A stretch of DNA of 64,000 nt, from the NCBI GenBank assembly GCA_963718895.1, contig CAVRAG010000004.1:192001-256000 (forward strand), written 5' to 3'. This stretch comes from an uncultured Nitrososphaerota archaeon (GTDB lineage Archaea; Thermoproteota; Nitrososphaeria; Nitrososphaerales; Gagatemarchaeaceae). The position numbers were made by a program, and so were the translations under genes. Of this stretch, positions 27,367-38,223 are shown piece after piece. Under the pieces are notes generated by a model, which made no database searches, was not told where the DNA came from, and saw only the letters and a program-made list of their open reading frames with translations. Numbering within the stretch: the first letter of the stretch is position 1; the number at the start of each line of letters is the position of its first letter.

Positions 27367-29145
27367 CTACTGGGACGTGAGGCCGACGACGTTCGCCGCA
27401 GCTATCCTCCCCATCGTGTAGCACGACGAGACGTTCCTGCAGCACTGGTAGAGGTAGCTGAACACCTCGCCCATCTCGCCTGCTGAGTACAGCCTTGGAA
27501 TCGGTTCGCCGTGTGGGTCGAGGACCTCTGCCTTGGAGTTGCGGACCGGGCCTCCCTGGGTGTTGTACAGTAGGGGCTTGAGGAGGATTGCGTAGTATGG
27601 TGGTGTCGAGATCGCTGTCAGGCCTGTGGTCCTGCCGAACTCGGTGTCCGTGCCCGTCGCGACCATCGTGTTCCAGCTGGTCACTTCCGCGGGCAACACC
27701 GTGGAGTCCTTTCCTATGGCCGTCGCGAGGGCGGCGACCGTGGACGCCGTGGTTATCCAGCCAAGACCGAGCTCGGTCTTGTTGGTGGTGTCGGCCTTGT
27801 ATCCTTCGACGGCGGAGGCCCAGCCCATTCCCGTCCCTCCTGACCCCTGGAACAGCGCTGAGCCGCTTCCAAACCCGACCGAGTCGAAGATCACGTGTAT
27901 GGGCTGTGGGAAGTATCCGCTCCGGTACGCGCCGTTCTGGATGAACTTGCCCGCGACGAGCGCCACGGTGGTGCCGGGGCTCGGGGCCGTGTTGTAACCG
28001 GGGCTCTGGGTCTCGTTGCTGAACCTCTTGCTGTCAGCGCCCACGTAGATGTAGCCACCCTTCGAGGGATTGTTTATGGGGATGTTGGCGTTGTACTGGG
28101 GGGTCTTCATTGCCCAGCCGCTTGGCGCTGCTGCGACGTCCATGTGCCACAGATTCGCGCCGACGGACTGTGCCATCTCTATCCCGTCGCCGGTGTTGTA
28201 TGGCGAACCAAAGAAGAGCTGGTTCGGGACGCCGATGTAGTCTCTGACCATCTGGGGGTTGTACTCGTATCCGCCGGCGCAGAGCACGACGCCCTTGTTT
28301 GCCTTGATGTTGATGCTCGTGCCGCCAGAGGGGTTGGCCGCGACGCCGACGATCTCCCTCGTCGCGGGGTCCTGAACTAGGCCCACGGCTGGCGTGCCGT
28401 ACATGATGTTGATCTTCCGGTTGATCGCCTGTTGCTGGAGGAAGAACCAGTTGCCACCGTACGGTTGTGTGGTCTTGACGCTCCAGGAGCCGCCGTATGG
28501 CGTCGACACCGCCCAGGCTCCCATGAACTGGGGATAGAACGGCTGTGGGAACATGCCCCACTGCATCGTCGCGCCGAGGCCCTCGAACCAAGTCTTGTTC
28601 TGAGCGCTTTGCAGTACGAGGGTCTGGATTAGGGTGTCATCGGTCGGGAACCCCTGGCCGTCACCCATCTGCTGGAAGTACACCTGCTCGTTGTAGAGCA
28701 CCGAAGGCGACTGGATTACGTTGCCGCTCTGGTCGGTTCCGGGCACCCAGACGCACTGACCGCACACCCTGCTGTTGCCTCCTGCATGATTCAGCGGCGC
28801 CTTTTCGAGTATGAGCACGTTGGCTCCAAGGTCGCTGGCAGTGATCGCAGTCGCCAGGCCCGCGAAGCCCATCCCCACGACCACCACGTCAGCCGTGTAA
28901 TCCCAGCTGGATGGCACTGCGGTCGCGATGAGATTGGGTTGCGCCTTCAGCGGGACGGCTGGTCCTGCCCTGCGTCCAGCTGCCGTGACGAGCTCCGTCG
29001 CGCCTCCCGCCAACGGGGTCGCTCCAGCAGCCGGAAAGAGCGACCTCGCGCCCGCAACAGCACCAATCGCCGCGGCTCCAACGGCCGCGGTTCCCATGAA
29101 CTGTCTCCTCGACAGCTTCTTGTCGGTGATAGATTCCTCGGTCAA
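27367..29145 (-). CDS. Tat-exported FAD-dependent oxidoreductase (FAD_binding_2, fumarate reductase/ketosteroid dehydrogenase-like)
   Basis: SRRQFM Tat motif, DVVVVG.G.AG, GGNS, NTGDG, TQGG and IPRLYSAGE motifs. Confidence 0.9.
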   Translation of the reverse strand: MTEESITDKKLSRRQFMGTAAVGAAAIGAVAGARSLFPAAGATPLAGGATELVTAAGRRAGPAVPLKAQPNLIATAVPSSWDYTADVVVVGMGFAGLATAITASDLGANVLILEKAPLNHAGGNSRVCGQCVWVPGTDQSGNVIQSPSVLYNEQVYFQQMGDGQGFPTDDTLIQTLVLQSAQNKTWFEGLGATMQWGMFPQPFYPQFMGAWAVSTPYGGSWSVKTTQPYGGNWFFLQQQAINRKINIMYGTPAVGLVQDPATREIVGVAANPSGGTSINIKANKGVVLCAGGYEYNPQMVRDYIGVPNQLFFGSPYNTGDGIEMAQSVGANLWHMDVAAAPSGWAMKTPQYNANIPINNPSKGGYIYVGADSKRFSNETQSPGYNTAPSPGTTVALVAGKFIQNGAYRSGYFPQPIHVIFDSVGFGSGSALFQGSGGTGMGWASAVEGYKADTTNKTELGLGWITTASTVAALATAIGKDSTVLPAEVTSWNTMVATGTDTEFGRTTGLTAISTPPYYAILLKPLLYNTQGGPVRNSKAEVLDPHGEPIPRLYSAGEMGEVFSYLYQCCRNVSSCYTMGRIAAANVVGLTSQ

Positions 29146-29177
29146 TTCATTCCACTGGAGGTCATCGACTCGTCAGT

Positions 29178-29218
29178 GTACTTAATCAGGACGAATTATT
29201 TGCACGTAAACGCACCCA
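29178..29218 (-). promoter_or_regulatory. Duplicated promoter block, copy 2
   Basis: 35/41 identical to 26370-26410. Confidence 0.8.
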
Positions 29219-29303
29219 TGCGGGAAGGAGGTCTCCCATGGAGTCGTCAGATATGACCCCACAGCGACCTGAGGGTGCACTCATCTAGAAGGGGACGGAG
29301 GTG

Positions 29304-30557
29304 TCACTTGCTACCCTTGATGTAGAACAGCACCACTACGGCGATTGAAAAAGGTACGATGGAAACCAGGAAGGGGAAGACGGGTCCGACAGAGGAGTAT
29401 ATCAGCCCCGCTGCGATCTGAGATGGGAGCGATACCAGGGCAGGAAGGATGCTGAACATCGCGAGGATCTTGCCCCTGTGCTCGACCTCTATCGCTTCTG
29501 CCTGTATGCTGGAAAGGGACGGGCTCTGTATAGCGGTTCCGACGGCTCCCGTCATCCCCCATTCCAGAAGCTCGTCCATCGTCTTCGCCTGGGAGAACAT
29601 CACGTTGCTGATCGGCGCCGCGACAGAGGCTATCAGGACGGCGTTCTTTGAGCCCATCCGCTTGATCAGGAATATGACTCCGAGCAGAAGGCACACGGTC
29701 GTGAGTCCTGCAAAGTCCACTATGACGCTGTAGTCAATCGGATTGAAGTTCAGGTGGTCGACCACGTAAATCGACGCGAACGGCGCAGTCAGCCCTGTTC
29801 CTATCCCCGCGAGCGTCACATACAGCAGGAGACGCTTCACGATGGGGTTCGAACGCCTTGTCGCACTGATGCCTGAGACGAAGGACTCTTTGACGTAGCT
29901 CAGGAACGGCTTCTTCTCGTGCGGCTTTGTGGCGAAGGTCTCGCCGAGCATCCGCGACCTAAACGTGACTCCGACTGCTCCGAACAGCGCGCTGGCGCAG
30001 TAGGCCAGCTTCACTCCGTCCAGAATGCCGTAGTGCGCCATGAGCAGTCCGCCGAGCGTCGGGACGATGATCGAGGGCAGGTTGTTTATGGCGCTGAAGA
30101 CCGAGAAACCGCGTATGCGGTCCGCGGGTTCTATCGAATCGAACATCACCGAGTTGAACGCCGGGGTGTAGATGCTCGCCATGGAAGCGATGGTGAGGGG
30201 AATGATGATGAGATAGACCGAGTTGACGGCCGCGTAGATGACGGCGCTGCAGACGGATATCCAGCTGAAGGTCACGATGACCCTTCGTCTCCCCCAGGTG
30301 TCGGCGACGTAGCCTCCCACCAGCAACGCGAGTATCGTGACAGCCGTTCCGAACGCGACCAAGATGCCGATATCGATGTCAGAAGCGCCTAGCGCTGCGA
30401 AGTAGAGCGTCTGGTATGGGTTGGCCATCGCGGTACCAATCGACCAGAGCGACGAGGTCGAAGTGAGCACCCAAGCGTTACGGGGAAGGCTGAGAAAGTC
30501 CCTTGCCTTGTGCAGCCAATCGTTGCTCGTGGTCACTCCTCCGCCGTTTGCCGTCAT
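29304..30557 (-). CDS. MFS transporter
   Basis: Motif A (GGYVADTWGRRR) and about 12 TM segments. Confidence 0.9.
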   Translation of the reverse strand: MTANGGGVTTSNDWLHKARDFLSLPRNAWVLTSTSSLWSIGTAMANPYQTLYFAALGASDIDIGILVAFGTAVTILALLVGGYVADTWGRRRVIVTFSWISVCSAVIYAAVNSVYLIIIPLTIASMASIYTPAFNSVMFDSIEPADRIRGFSVFSAINNLPSIIVPTLGGLLMAHYGILDGVKLAYCASALFGAVGVTFRSRMLGETFATKPHEKKPFLSYVKESFVSGISATRRSNPIVKRLLLYVTLAGIGTGLTAPFASIYVVDHLNFNPIDYSVIVDFAGLTTVCLLLGVIFLIKRMGSKNAVLIASVAAPISNVMFSQAKTMDELLEWGMTGAVGTAIQSPSLSSIQAEAIEVEHRGKILAMFSILPALVSLPSQIAAGLIYSSVGPVFPFLVSIVPFSIAVVVLFYIKGSK

Positions 30558-30714
30558 CTGTCGTCTGATATTAGAGTCTCAGGGTCACGTCCGCGTTCTT
30601 GCCATTGCCTACCGATAGACAGCGCGGACCGATTCTTCAGGAGGAGGTGCGGTGAGCATCCATCACGCTCCACCTTAATATGTCCCGGTTCGCTCGAGAT
30701 TCCCGTGGTGTTCG

Positions 30715-31680
30715 ATGGGCCGAGTCATCGAGATGGATAACCTGACGAAGATCTTTGGCGAGAAGCTCATCGCGGTGAACAACGTGAACTTCGAGGTCGA
30801 AGAGGGCGCCATCTTCGGCTTCCTAGGCCCCAACGGTGCGGGCAAGACCACCACCATAAGACTGTTGCTTGGGCTGATACGGCCGACGGCCGGGGAGGTC
30901 AGAGTCTTCGGGGAGAAGATGACCCCCGGCTCGTCCAACCTGCGACGGAGGATAGGCTACCTTCCAACGAACCCGCGGTTCCCTCCGACGATGACCCCGA
31001 TCAGGTACCTGGACTTTGTGGGGAAGCTCTTCCGCATCGGGAGGGAGGAGAGGATGAAGCGGCTCGCAACCCTGATACGCTCGGTCGGACTGCTGGGAGA
31101 CTCGTCTAGGGAAATCGCCGGGTTTTCGACCGGGATGGTGACCCGCCTCGGGTTCGCGGCGGCCTTGATGAACGACCCCGAACTGCTGATCCTCGACGAG
31201 CCCACGTCTGGACTGGACCCGGCCGGAAGGAAGTCGACCCTGGACCTGATCGCAGAGTTGGGCAAGGAGAAGACGATCTTCGTGTCGTCCCACATCCTGA
31301 GCGACATCGACAGGGTGTGCACCGACGTCGGCGTCATAGGCGAAGGAAAGGGCATCTTCTCTGGCTCGATAAAGGACATGAAGAAGAGCATCCGCAGCCG
31401 TGTCATCCGCCTGGAGCTGGAGGGGGACCTGGCGAAGTTCTGTGAGGCGTTGAAGGCTGCGCAGTGGGTCGTCGGCTTCGAGACGCGGGGCGACTTCGAG
31501 GTGGACGTCACCTTCGGTCCCGCCATGTCAATGGCAGACGCGGTCAGAGAGGTAACGAACCTCGTCTCTCGTCTGGGGCTGGACCTTATCTCGGTGAGTT
31601 CTTCGACGTCCAGCGTCGAGGATGCGTTCATGGCGTTGCTTCGAGATGAAGAGTCGCGTGGGTTCCTCAGAGCGGCCTAG
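30715..31680 (+). CDS. ABC-2 type transporter ATP-binding protein
   Basis: GPNGAGKTT, FSTGM, LILDEPTSGLDP and SSH motifs. Confidence 0.93.
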   Translation: MGRVIEMDNLTKIFGEKLIAVNNVNFEVEEGAIFGFLGPNGAGKTTTIRLLLGLIRPTAGEVRVFGEKMTPGSSNLRRRIGYLPTNPRFPPTMTPIRYLDFVGKLFRIGREERMKRLATLIRSVGLLGDSSREIAGFSTGMVTRLGFAAALMNDPELLILDEPTSGLDPAGRKSTLDLIAELGKEKTIFVSSHILSDIDRVCTDVGVIGEGKGIFSGSIKDMKKSIRSRVIRLELEGDLAKFCEALKAAQWVVGFETRGDFEVDVTFGPAMSMADAVREVTNLVSRLGLDLISVSSSTSSVEDAFMALLRDEESRGFLRAA

Positions 31681-32402
31681 CCAGGGGGAGGCGCTCGGGC
31701 CTTTCTGGGCGATTGTGCAGGCCGACCTCAGGGGCCTCTTCAGGAGCCGGATAACCTATGGATGGCTACTTGCTGCAATCTTCGTCCAGGTGGTGAGGAC
31801 TCTCGGCTCGAGCGGGTCGGGGACGACCTCGAGCGTGGTCTCCTCCGGCCTCTCCGACTTCGTCTACATCTGGAGCCTGGTAATCATAGGGTTGGCAGCG
31901 AGCTCGGTCTCGTCAGAGGCGGGGGAGCTCGCCGATTCCATCATGAGCAAGTCGGTCACGCGCCTCGACTACGTCCTAGCCAAGTTCACGTCCCGAATCG
32001 CGTACACGCTGATCTGCTTCTCTGTGGTCACGGCTGTGCTGGTGGGGCTCGCGCTGAGGCTGGACGTCAGCGACTACAACAGCCTAGGGCTGGCGTCTAC
32101 GACATTCCTCATCGCTCTGACACTGGTCATGCTGACCGCTTTGGGAGTCGGACTCAGCATCGCGATGCCGAACACCGTCATGTCGATCGTCGTTCTCCTT
32201 GTCCTCTGGTACTCGATGGCGTTCTTCTTTCCGGTCGTCGGCCTTGGCGTCGCTCTCTCCTGGGAGCCTGCTGGGCAAGCTGCCGGACATCGCCAGGGGC
32301 GCGTGGAGCCTGGGGGACTGGGAGACGGTCGCGGGCTTCATAGCGATTTCGGGGGCCGCCACAGCGCTCTCGTCAGCTTACTTCTACATGAAGGACATCT
32401 GA
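31646..32402 (+). CDS. ABC-2 type permease (frameshift near 32243)
   Basis: SSE.G...I.SKSVTR....LAKF motif; C-terminus continues in the 32199-32402 frame (YFYMKDI). Confidence 0.82.
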
Positions 32403-32640
32403 AGGGGCCGGTAGATAGCGGAGGTGAGGGACATCGGGGAACGAGATGTCGACCGTCGCGTACCAAGACATTTGGAGCGAACGGCGAATCAGAGGCACGG
32501 TCCTACATCAGGGCCAGATTCACTAATGATTTGGGAGAGTTCTCGGAATTCCGGTAAATACATCGCTGCCCTACCCTGATTCATGCGAAAGAACCGTTCC
32601 AGCGACTACTTCCGAAGCTACCTAGCCCCGGCAGCGGTGA

Positions 32641-32925
32641 GTGAGCCAAGGGATTCCGGCGGGCCATCGAGGGAGAGCCGTCCTTCGTCTGGGGCGTCTG
32701 AAGAGGAGCCGTGACCGCGCCACGGCTGTGCATGCATCTTTCCCGGAGAACACGAGCCGTCCGCTCTGTCGAGAGAGGAGGTTCGCACAGGTGACGGCGT
32801 GCCTAGAGAACGTGATCTGCGAGAGCTGCCTCCTGATGCTCGACGGAAGGGGAGGCCCCGATGCCTCGCCGGCCGCCATGAATCTTGAAGCCCGCATGAC
32901 CCCAGGGAGTGCCGCGAAGCAATGA
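32641..32925 (+). CDS. Small hypothetical Cys-containing protein
   Basis: 94-aa ORF with an ICESC motif; ATGA overlap with the next gene. Confidence 0.4.
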   Translation: MSQGIPAGHRGRAVLRLGRLKRSRDRATAVHASFPENTSRPLCRERRFAQVTACLENVICESCLLMLDGRGGPDASPAAMNLEARMTPGSAAKQ

Positions 32926-33365
32926 AAAGGGTCGACGCGGCAGACGAGACGCTGAGACCAGTCGCGAAGCCAGCTTCGAAGGGGATGAGGCCGCTAAGGG
33001 CGGGACGCGAACCGGGGGAGTCCCACACGCCAATCCCTCATGCTCCGTCGCCCCGTCTGTCCTCCCCCACCAGGGAGGCTGTGTCGTCAGCCGAGCGCCC
33101 CAGGAGCGCCCTCAAAATACGCCTCGATATCCTTGAGTCCGTGAGGGACGATGGTCCGAGCAGTTCCTCAAAGATCATCTGCATGGCGAACCTCTCGGTG
33201 AAGAGGTCGGCGAAGTACCTCGGGGAGCTCGTCATGGGGGGACTGCTGAGGGAGGATCGGGACGGCGCCGCAAAGACGTACACCCTCACCGTGGAGGGCC
33301 TCGACTTCGTGAATCAGGTGAAGGAGGCGGAGGCCTTCGCGGCCGACCTCGGGCTCGCGTTATAG
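32922..33365 (+). CDS. Winged-helix (HTH_45-like) transcriptional regulator
   Basis: RS.L.I..DIL...KI...ANLS....KYL..L...GL...Y.LT.EG..F pattern. Confidence 0.8.
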   Translation: MKRVDAADETLRPVAKPASKGMRPLRAGREPGESHTPIPHAPSPRLSSPTREAVSSAERPRSALKIRLDILESVRDDGPSSSSKIICMANLSVKRSAKYLGELVMGGLLREDRDGAAKTYTLTVEGLDFVNQVKEAEAFAADLGLAL

Positions 33366-33466
33366 GCCGCTCGCGGAGAACCGCGTCTCACGCTCACTGG
33401 CAAGTCGGAACTGGGTCGTCCCGAAGCGAAGTGGCTCCAAGTGAGAGTACGAGAACAAATCGGGGC

Positions 33467-33486
33467 GTTCGGACAAACTATTAATC
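33467..33486 (+). promoter_or_regulatory. TTCGGACAAA-TATA promoter motif
   Basis: GTTCGGACAAACTATTAATC, 41 nt before ATG 33508. Confidence 0.65.
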
Positions 33487-33507
33487 AGAAATCGCCCTTC
33501 TCGAGCA

Positions 33508-34663
33508 ATGACGTAAGCTGGAACGTCGACGAAGCGCAATCGGAACGACAGTCATCGCCATGGTCGTAGCCATCATCGTCTCTGTCGCGGCATTAGGATT
33601 CGGTCTCTACACCGACGTCACGACCAACGATGAGGTTTCTTCGTTGAATGCGAGTCTGAGTTCGAGCGCGCAGATCAGCAGTCTCCAATCGAGTATCGGT
33701 TCGCTGCAGAGTGTCCTGACAGCAGCACAGCTCGCCGTCGCAGGACTCCAGACGGGCATGGCCGCCGAGCAGGGTACCGTCGCTGGGCTGCAGTCCACCG
33801 TGACTTCTCTCCAGGTCGAGGTCATTCCCCTAGGTGACAGGCTGAATTCGTCACCAACGGGCGACGCCATCGCGATCCAACAGCTCGCGGCCGAAGTCCA
33901 GAACCTCGAGACCACCGTGCAGATCCTGTCGAACGAACTAGCCGCTCTGACGGCTCCCTCGACGGTCCCTGCTCTCATAGAGCAGTCCGAATCGACCTGT
34001 TCGTACGTCTGCGGCGGCATGAGCACGTTTACGGGCACGGTTACCATCACTTCGACAAGCGTCTCGACCACACCCGTCTCAACCGTTATCACGACCGGTA
34101 CCTTCCCATCGAACGGCTCCAGCGGACAGACCGTGACGGCCTTCCCCTCCGATGTCAGGGCCGGCGACATGCTCGTGGTCACTGTGCAGGAGGACGACCT
34201 CCCACTGCTGACTGTCTCGGATTCTCTCGGGACTGCGCTTCAGCTAGCGGTGAGGCTGACCACCTCCACCTGTGGCTCGCCTTCCGGTTACTGCCAAGAC
34301 GACATCTACTGGGGCGTGCTCTCCTCTGCAGGAGCGGACTCCGTGACGGTCATGGAGCCCGGTTTGGACGCGGCCATCAGGGTTGAGATAAGGGAGTTCA
34401 GCGGCGTGGACGGTGTAGGGAATACGGCGTCCTGCACACCGATGTGTGCGTCCGCACCATACCCAGCGTCCTCGATCCTTCTGGCTTCGGCGAAGGATGG
34501 TACCGGACCGGGCGCGGGGTTCTACGGCTACCTCTACGCCGCGTCAAAGGGTCCCATAAGCGAGTATCAGGTGGAAACGAGTTCAGGGACGACGACTTTC
34601 CCGTTCGCCACGAGCGTGACCCAGATCGAGGTCGGGGTAGTTCTCTTCCGGACGCCTAGCTAG
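33508..34663 (+). CDS. Surface protein with class III-like signal peptide, coiled coil and beta domain
   Basis: Frame upstream of 33560 reads RKLERRRSAIGTTVIA; ATG 33508 joins it if one base is removed. Confidence 0.7.
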
Positions 34664-34731
34664 TCGCGTCTCGGCAGGTCAAGGCAGGCACCTAGCTGCA
34701 TGCGACGCAGATACGAGATGACCCCGTCATC

Positions 34732-34820
34732 ATGAGGGCCTCGAAGGTCATCGCCAAGGGGCAGGTGCAAGTCCCTCTCGAGGCAAGGGAGAAGCCAGAC
34801 CTGAAGTTTGGGACGAGTGA
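34732..34820 (+). pseudogene. AbrB/MazE-type antitoxin remnant
   Basis: SKVIAKGQVQVP.EAREK.DLKFG resembles the AbrB fold N-terminus; truncated. Confidence 0.55.
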
Positions 34821-34905
34821 TAACCGCGCCCGGGACGGAGGAGGGTGCGAGCCCTACTGGCCGAGAGAAGACTTGTCCATGTATGGGCATCCATATAGGC
34901 ATCGT

Positions 34906-35100
34906 ATGACCTCCCAAGAACATATCCATAACCCAAGAGGCCTACGAGGCGCTCCGACGGGAGAGGAGGGGGACGAGAGCTTCACCGAGGCGGTTCTCCG
35001 CCTGACGCGGAGTGGTGGCAGGCTCTCGGATTGCTTTGGGACCTGGAGAATGACGGATGAAGAGCAATACGCGTTCCAGGGTGAACTAGCGAAAGGATGA
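34906..35100 (+). pseudogene. VapB-family (DUF217-like) antitoxin, frameshifted
   Basis: Reconstructs as MTSKNISITQEAYEALRRERRG-ESFTEAVLRL with two indels; no toxin gene follows. Confidence 0.7.
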
Positions 35101-35182
35101 CGTCGCTCGGAGAGGTGTAAACCAAGGTGGTTGACTGACCGTCGATTGGGCTCGCTTACGTCGTGCTCGTCTGTCCGGAGGG

Positions 35183-36719
35183 TTATGTCCGGACAGTGAA
35201 GATGGTCAGGGGTCCGAAATCCATCCGCGGGTTGGCGGAAAGCTGCTGCAGAAGAGAGGTATCTATCCCTGAAAGGTTGTCCACGACGACGTAGTTGAGG
35301 TTCGCGGAGGAAGAGGGCGTCTTGTTGTACAGGCTCAGCAGGTAGTCGTACTCGGTGCCAATCTGCCCGGGCGTCAGGTTTGACGATATCGTGAAGCTGC
35401 TGCCGTTCGAGTCGTGCGCGATGTACGAGGCCACGTCCATCTTGTACTGGACTCCCACCCCGTAGTCCCCGGCAGTGCCTCCCTGGGAGTTCAGGAAGGC
35501 GAGGAAGCCGAGCCCGAATGTGACCTGCACCAGGAGGGTCGAGACGAGGACCACTGCGGAAAGAATCCTTGCGATCTTCGGCCAGTCCGGATGCCACCTT
35601 CCAGACGGACCTGCCTTCTTCCTTCGGGTCATGGCGTAGTCGAAGAGCACCGCCACCATCAGGAAGTTGGCCGGGAAGAACATCACGAGCTCATGCGTGT
35701 AAAGACCATCCGTCGGGTTGAAGAAGAGGAGGATGAGCGTGGGGACTGCAATCCAAGCGAACAGCATCGAGTACTTCACGCTCTCGCCGAACGGGCTGCG
35801 AGCCGCGCGGATCAGGACGACGGCGAAGCCGAGGTAGAGGCAGACGTTCTCGACCACGAAGAAGTTGTTCATGTTGAAGATCGAGGAGAAGAACGAGGGC
35901 GCGCTGGACCCGAGGATGTAGTCGAAGCCGGTGCCGCTGGTGTCCGCGAAGATGAGGCCGACCACGCTCGGGTTCACGTTGTCAAGCGAGAAGTCCTTGA
36001 GCGTCGCCGCGAAGCTGCCGCCTTCGCCGAAGCTGCTGGTGGCTTGGCCGTAGATGAACGGGGCGAAGATGAGCGCGAAGAGGCCTATGCCGATGAGGAG
36101 GTACCTCGGCCTGATCCCGGAACGGGACTTCCAGAGGAAGAACAGGATCACGGGGGCGAGGAACAGGGTTATTGGATGGATCTGGAGTATCACCGCGTAG
36201 AGGACGAAGACCGGGACGAGGTACCTCGGCTTGCCCTTGATGACGAAGGTGTAGAGGCAGTAGAGGAGGATTACTGTGAAGGGGAAGATCAGGTCGGGGT
36301 TCCAGATCTTCCGCGAGAAGAGGATGGCGAACGGCGATACCGCTTCGAGGGCGGTCGCGATCGAGCGCGATCCTCTCGTTGAAGAATTCCCTCGCGAACT
36401 TGAAGGTGAAGGCGACCCCTACGATATTGAGGCAGGCGACGAATGCCGAGGCCACCATCGGGTTGGTCGAGACCAGGAACGGGATTGCGAGGATGTAGTA
36501 GTAGATCGGGCCGGCGCTGCCGCCCGTGCTTAGAGCTGGCCCAAGGAATGGAATCGTCCCATGCTCCACGAGTGCCCTGAGGACGACGGAAGTCCCGGCC
36601 TCGTCGCCCTTGAACTCCGCCAAGTTCAGCGAGGCCAGCCTGAAGTAGGCCGCGACGAGGACGATGAGCAAGAAGGATATCCAGAGTAGTTCAGATTGCC
36701 GGTTCCTGGACCCCGCCAA
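35183..36719 (-). CDS. GT-C (ArnT/PMT-like) membrane glycosyltransferase, frameshift near 36362
   Basis: FR...L..AEFKGDE, GP.YYY, SRKIWNP and QIH motifs across two frames. Confidence 0.82.
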
Positions 36720-36731
36720 AGGTCAGCCCAC

Positions 36732-38108
36732 TCACCGGGTCGAGTTCGTCACGCCGACTATCTGGAAGTAGATGTCGCCGTCTACCAGAGGATAGGGTAT
36801 CCCGGGGATGGAGGGAGAGCTCGAGGCACTCTCTGACGCACAGGGGCAGGCCGCGGGCGCGGTGGGGCAGAGACAGGTCGTGGTGGAATGCGCAGTGGTA
36901 TAGGCCATGGTTATGCAGTGCGTTATCTGCGCGTAGTTCGGCAGTCCGTCTCCGGCCACGAGCCCGGCGTAGTAGCCGCACTGTTCCGGCTCTTGGGCAC
37001 CGAGCATCCACGTGTTCAAGCCGCTTGAAGGCAGGAAGCCGAGCTGGTATGTGCCGCTGGCGCCCGCCTTGGCCGTCAGGTTGTAGATCACGACCGTCCC
37101 CTCGTTCTCATTCGTGGGTCCCCCGATGACAAGCTGGGACTGGCTCACGCTCACCGTGAAGTTCGGTCCGCCGCTGAACGACCTCGGGGTGCCGATGCTG
37201 CCGTTGTAGATGTACTGGAGCGCTTGGATCGATAACGCGCTGGTGAGGTTGAGCGTCAGCGGGGTGGCCGAGTAGTAGTAGAGCTGAAAGCAGAGCACGG
37301 CGGGCGAGCTTGTCCCGGTAACTATCTCTCCCAAGCCGGAGGCAGAACTCGGGGTTCCGCGGCATTCGGCAGGTGCGGTGCTGTTCCCGGTCGATGTGGA
37401 GCTGCTGGTAGTAACCGAGAAGTGGAGCAGGAGGACGTTGCCCCACTCATCGGCGCCGAGCACGGTGTACGATCCTGCGAACGCATTGAAGGTGGCCGGG
37501 CTGGGCGTGTCAGCGCCCCCCGTCCAGTAGCCACTCGTCGACAGAGTGATGGAGGCGGTGGTGTTGACCTCGAACTGGTGGTCGTTGTAGACCGAGACAT
37601 TGTCGCTCTTGGGCGAGAACAGGTACACGTCCGGGAAGTAGTTCACCGTGCAGCTGAACATGATGGTAGTGTTGTACAAAGGCAGCGCTTTTCCCGAGGT
37701 GTAGTTGTTCATGCCGTAGTATCCTCTGAAGATCGCGAATCCGACGGGGCTGTCTCCCGGGGCGCAGTTGTTGAACGGGTCCAGCAGGCTGGCACCGTAC
37801 TTCCACTGGTTGGCCTCCGTGACGTTGTTCACCGAGCTCAGGAGGTTGAACTCCTCGGCGGTCACCGTGAAGTTAGGGCCTCCGTCGGGCTTGACCTGGA
37901 GCCTGAACTGGAGACCCTGGGACGAGTTGGAAGTGGAGGCGGACGCGGAATCCAAGGAAGTGCCGGATGAGGACGATGGGGAGGCGGTGGGGCTTGCAGA
38001 CGTGCTCGATTGCGACGTGAGCGTCACGAACGCTATCGTAGCTGCTATCAGGATGATGACAACCGCAGCGACAATCACGGTCGCCCCGGCTCCCTTGCGC
38101 CCGGGCAT
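36732..38108 (-). CDS. Exported multi-domain Ser/Thr-rich surface protein
   Basis: MPGRKG plus hydrophobic class III-like signal; G.YTV.GADEWGN beta domain; Cys pairs. Confidence 0.8.
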   Translation of the reverse strand: MPGRKGAGATVIVAAVVIILIAATIAFVTLTSQSSTSASPTASPSSSSGTSLDSASASTSNSSQGLQFRLQVKPDGGPNFTVTAEEFNLLSSVNNVTEANQWKYGASLLDPFNNCAPGDSPVGFAIFRGYYGMNNYTSGKALPLYNTTIMFSCTVNYFPDVYLFSPKSDNVSVYNDHQFEVNTTASITLSTSGYWTGGADTPSPATFNAFAGSYTVLGADEWGNVLLLHFSVTTSSSTSTGNSTAPAECRGTPSSASGLGEIVTGTSSPAVLCFQLYYYSATPLTLNLTSALSIQALQYIYNGSIGTPRSFSGGPNFTVSVSQSQLVIGGPTNENEGTVVIYNLTAKAGASGTYQLGFLPSSGLNTWMLGAQEPEQCGYYAGLVAGDGLPNYAQITHCITMAYTTAHSTTTCLCPTAPAACPCASESASSSPSIPGIPYPLVDGDIYFQIVGVTNSTR

Positions 38109-38223
38109 CAAGCCACTTCTTCGGCCGCGCGCGTGCTCTGTGACTGGTACTCTTGTCCGTACAGGTTTCCGTGAAGTCTCTTTCGCAGCTTTTGGATTCC
38201 GTTTCGCCAAGGGTTCTCACACA

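Noticed and set aside
34732-35100. 122-aa ORF as one real protein
   Set aside because: Better explained as two separate antitoxin remnants joined by chance.
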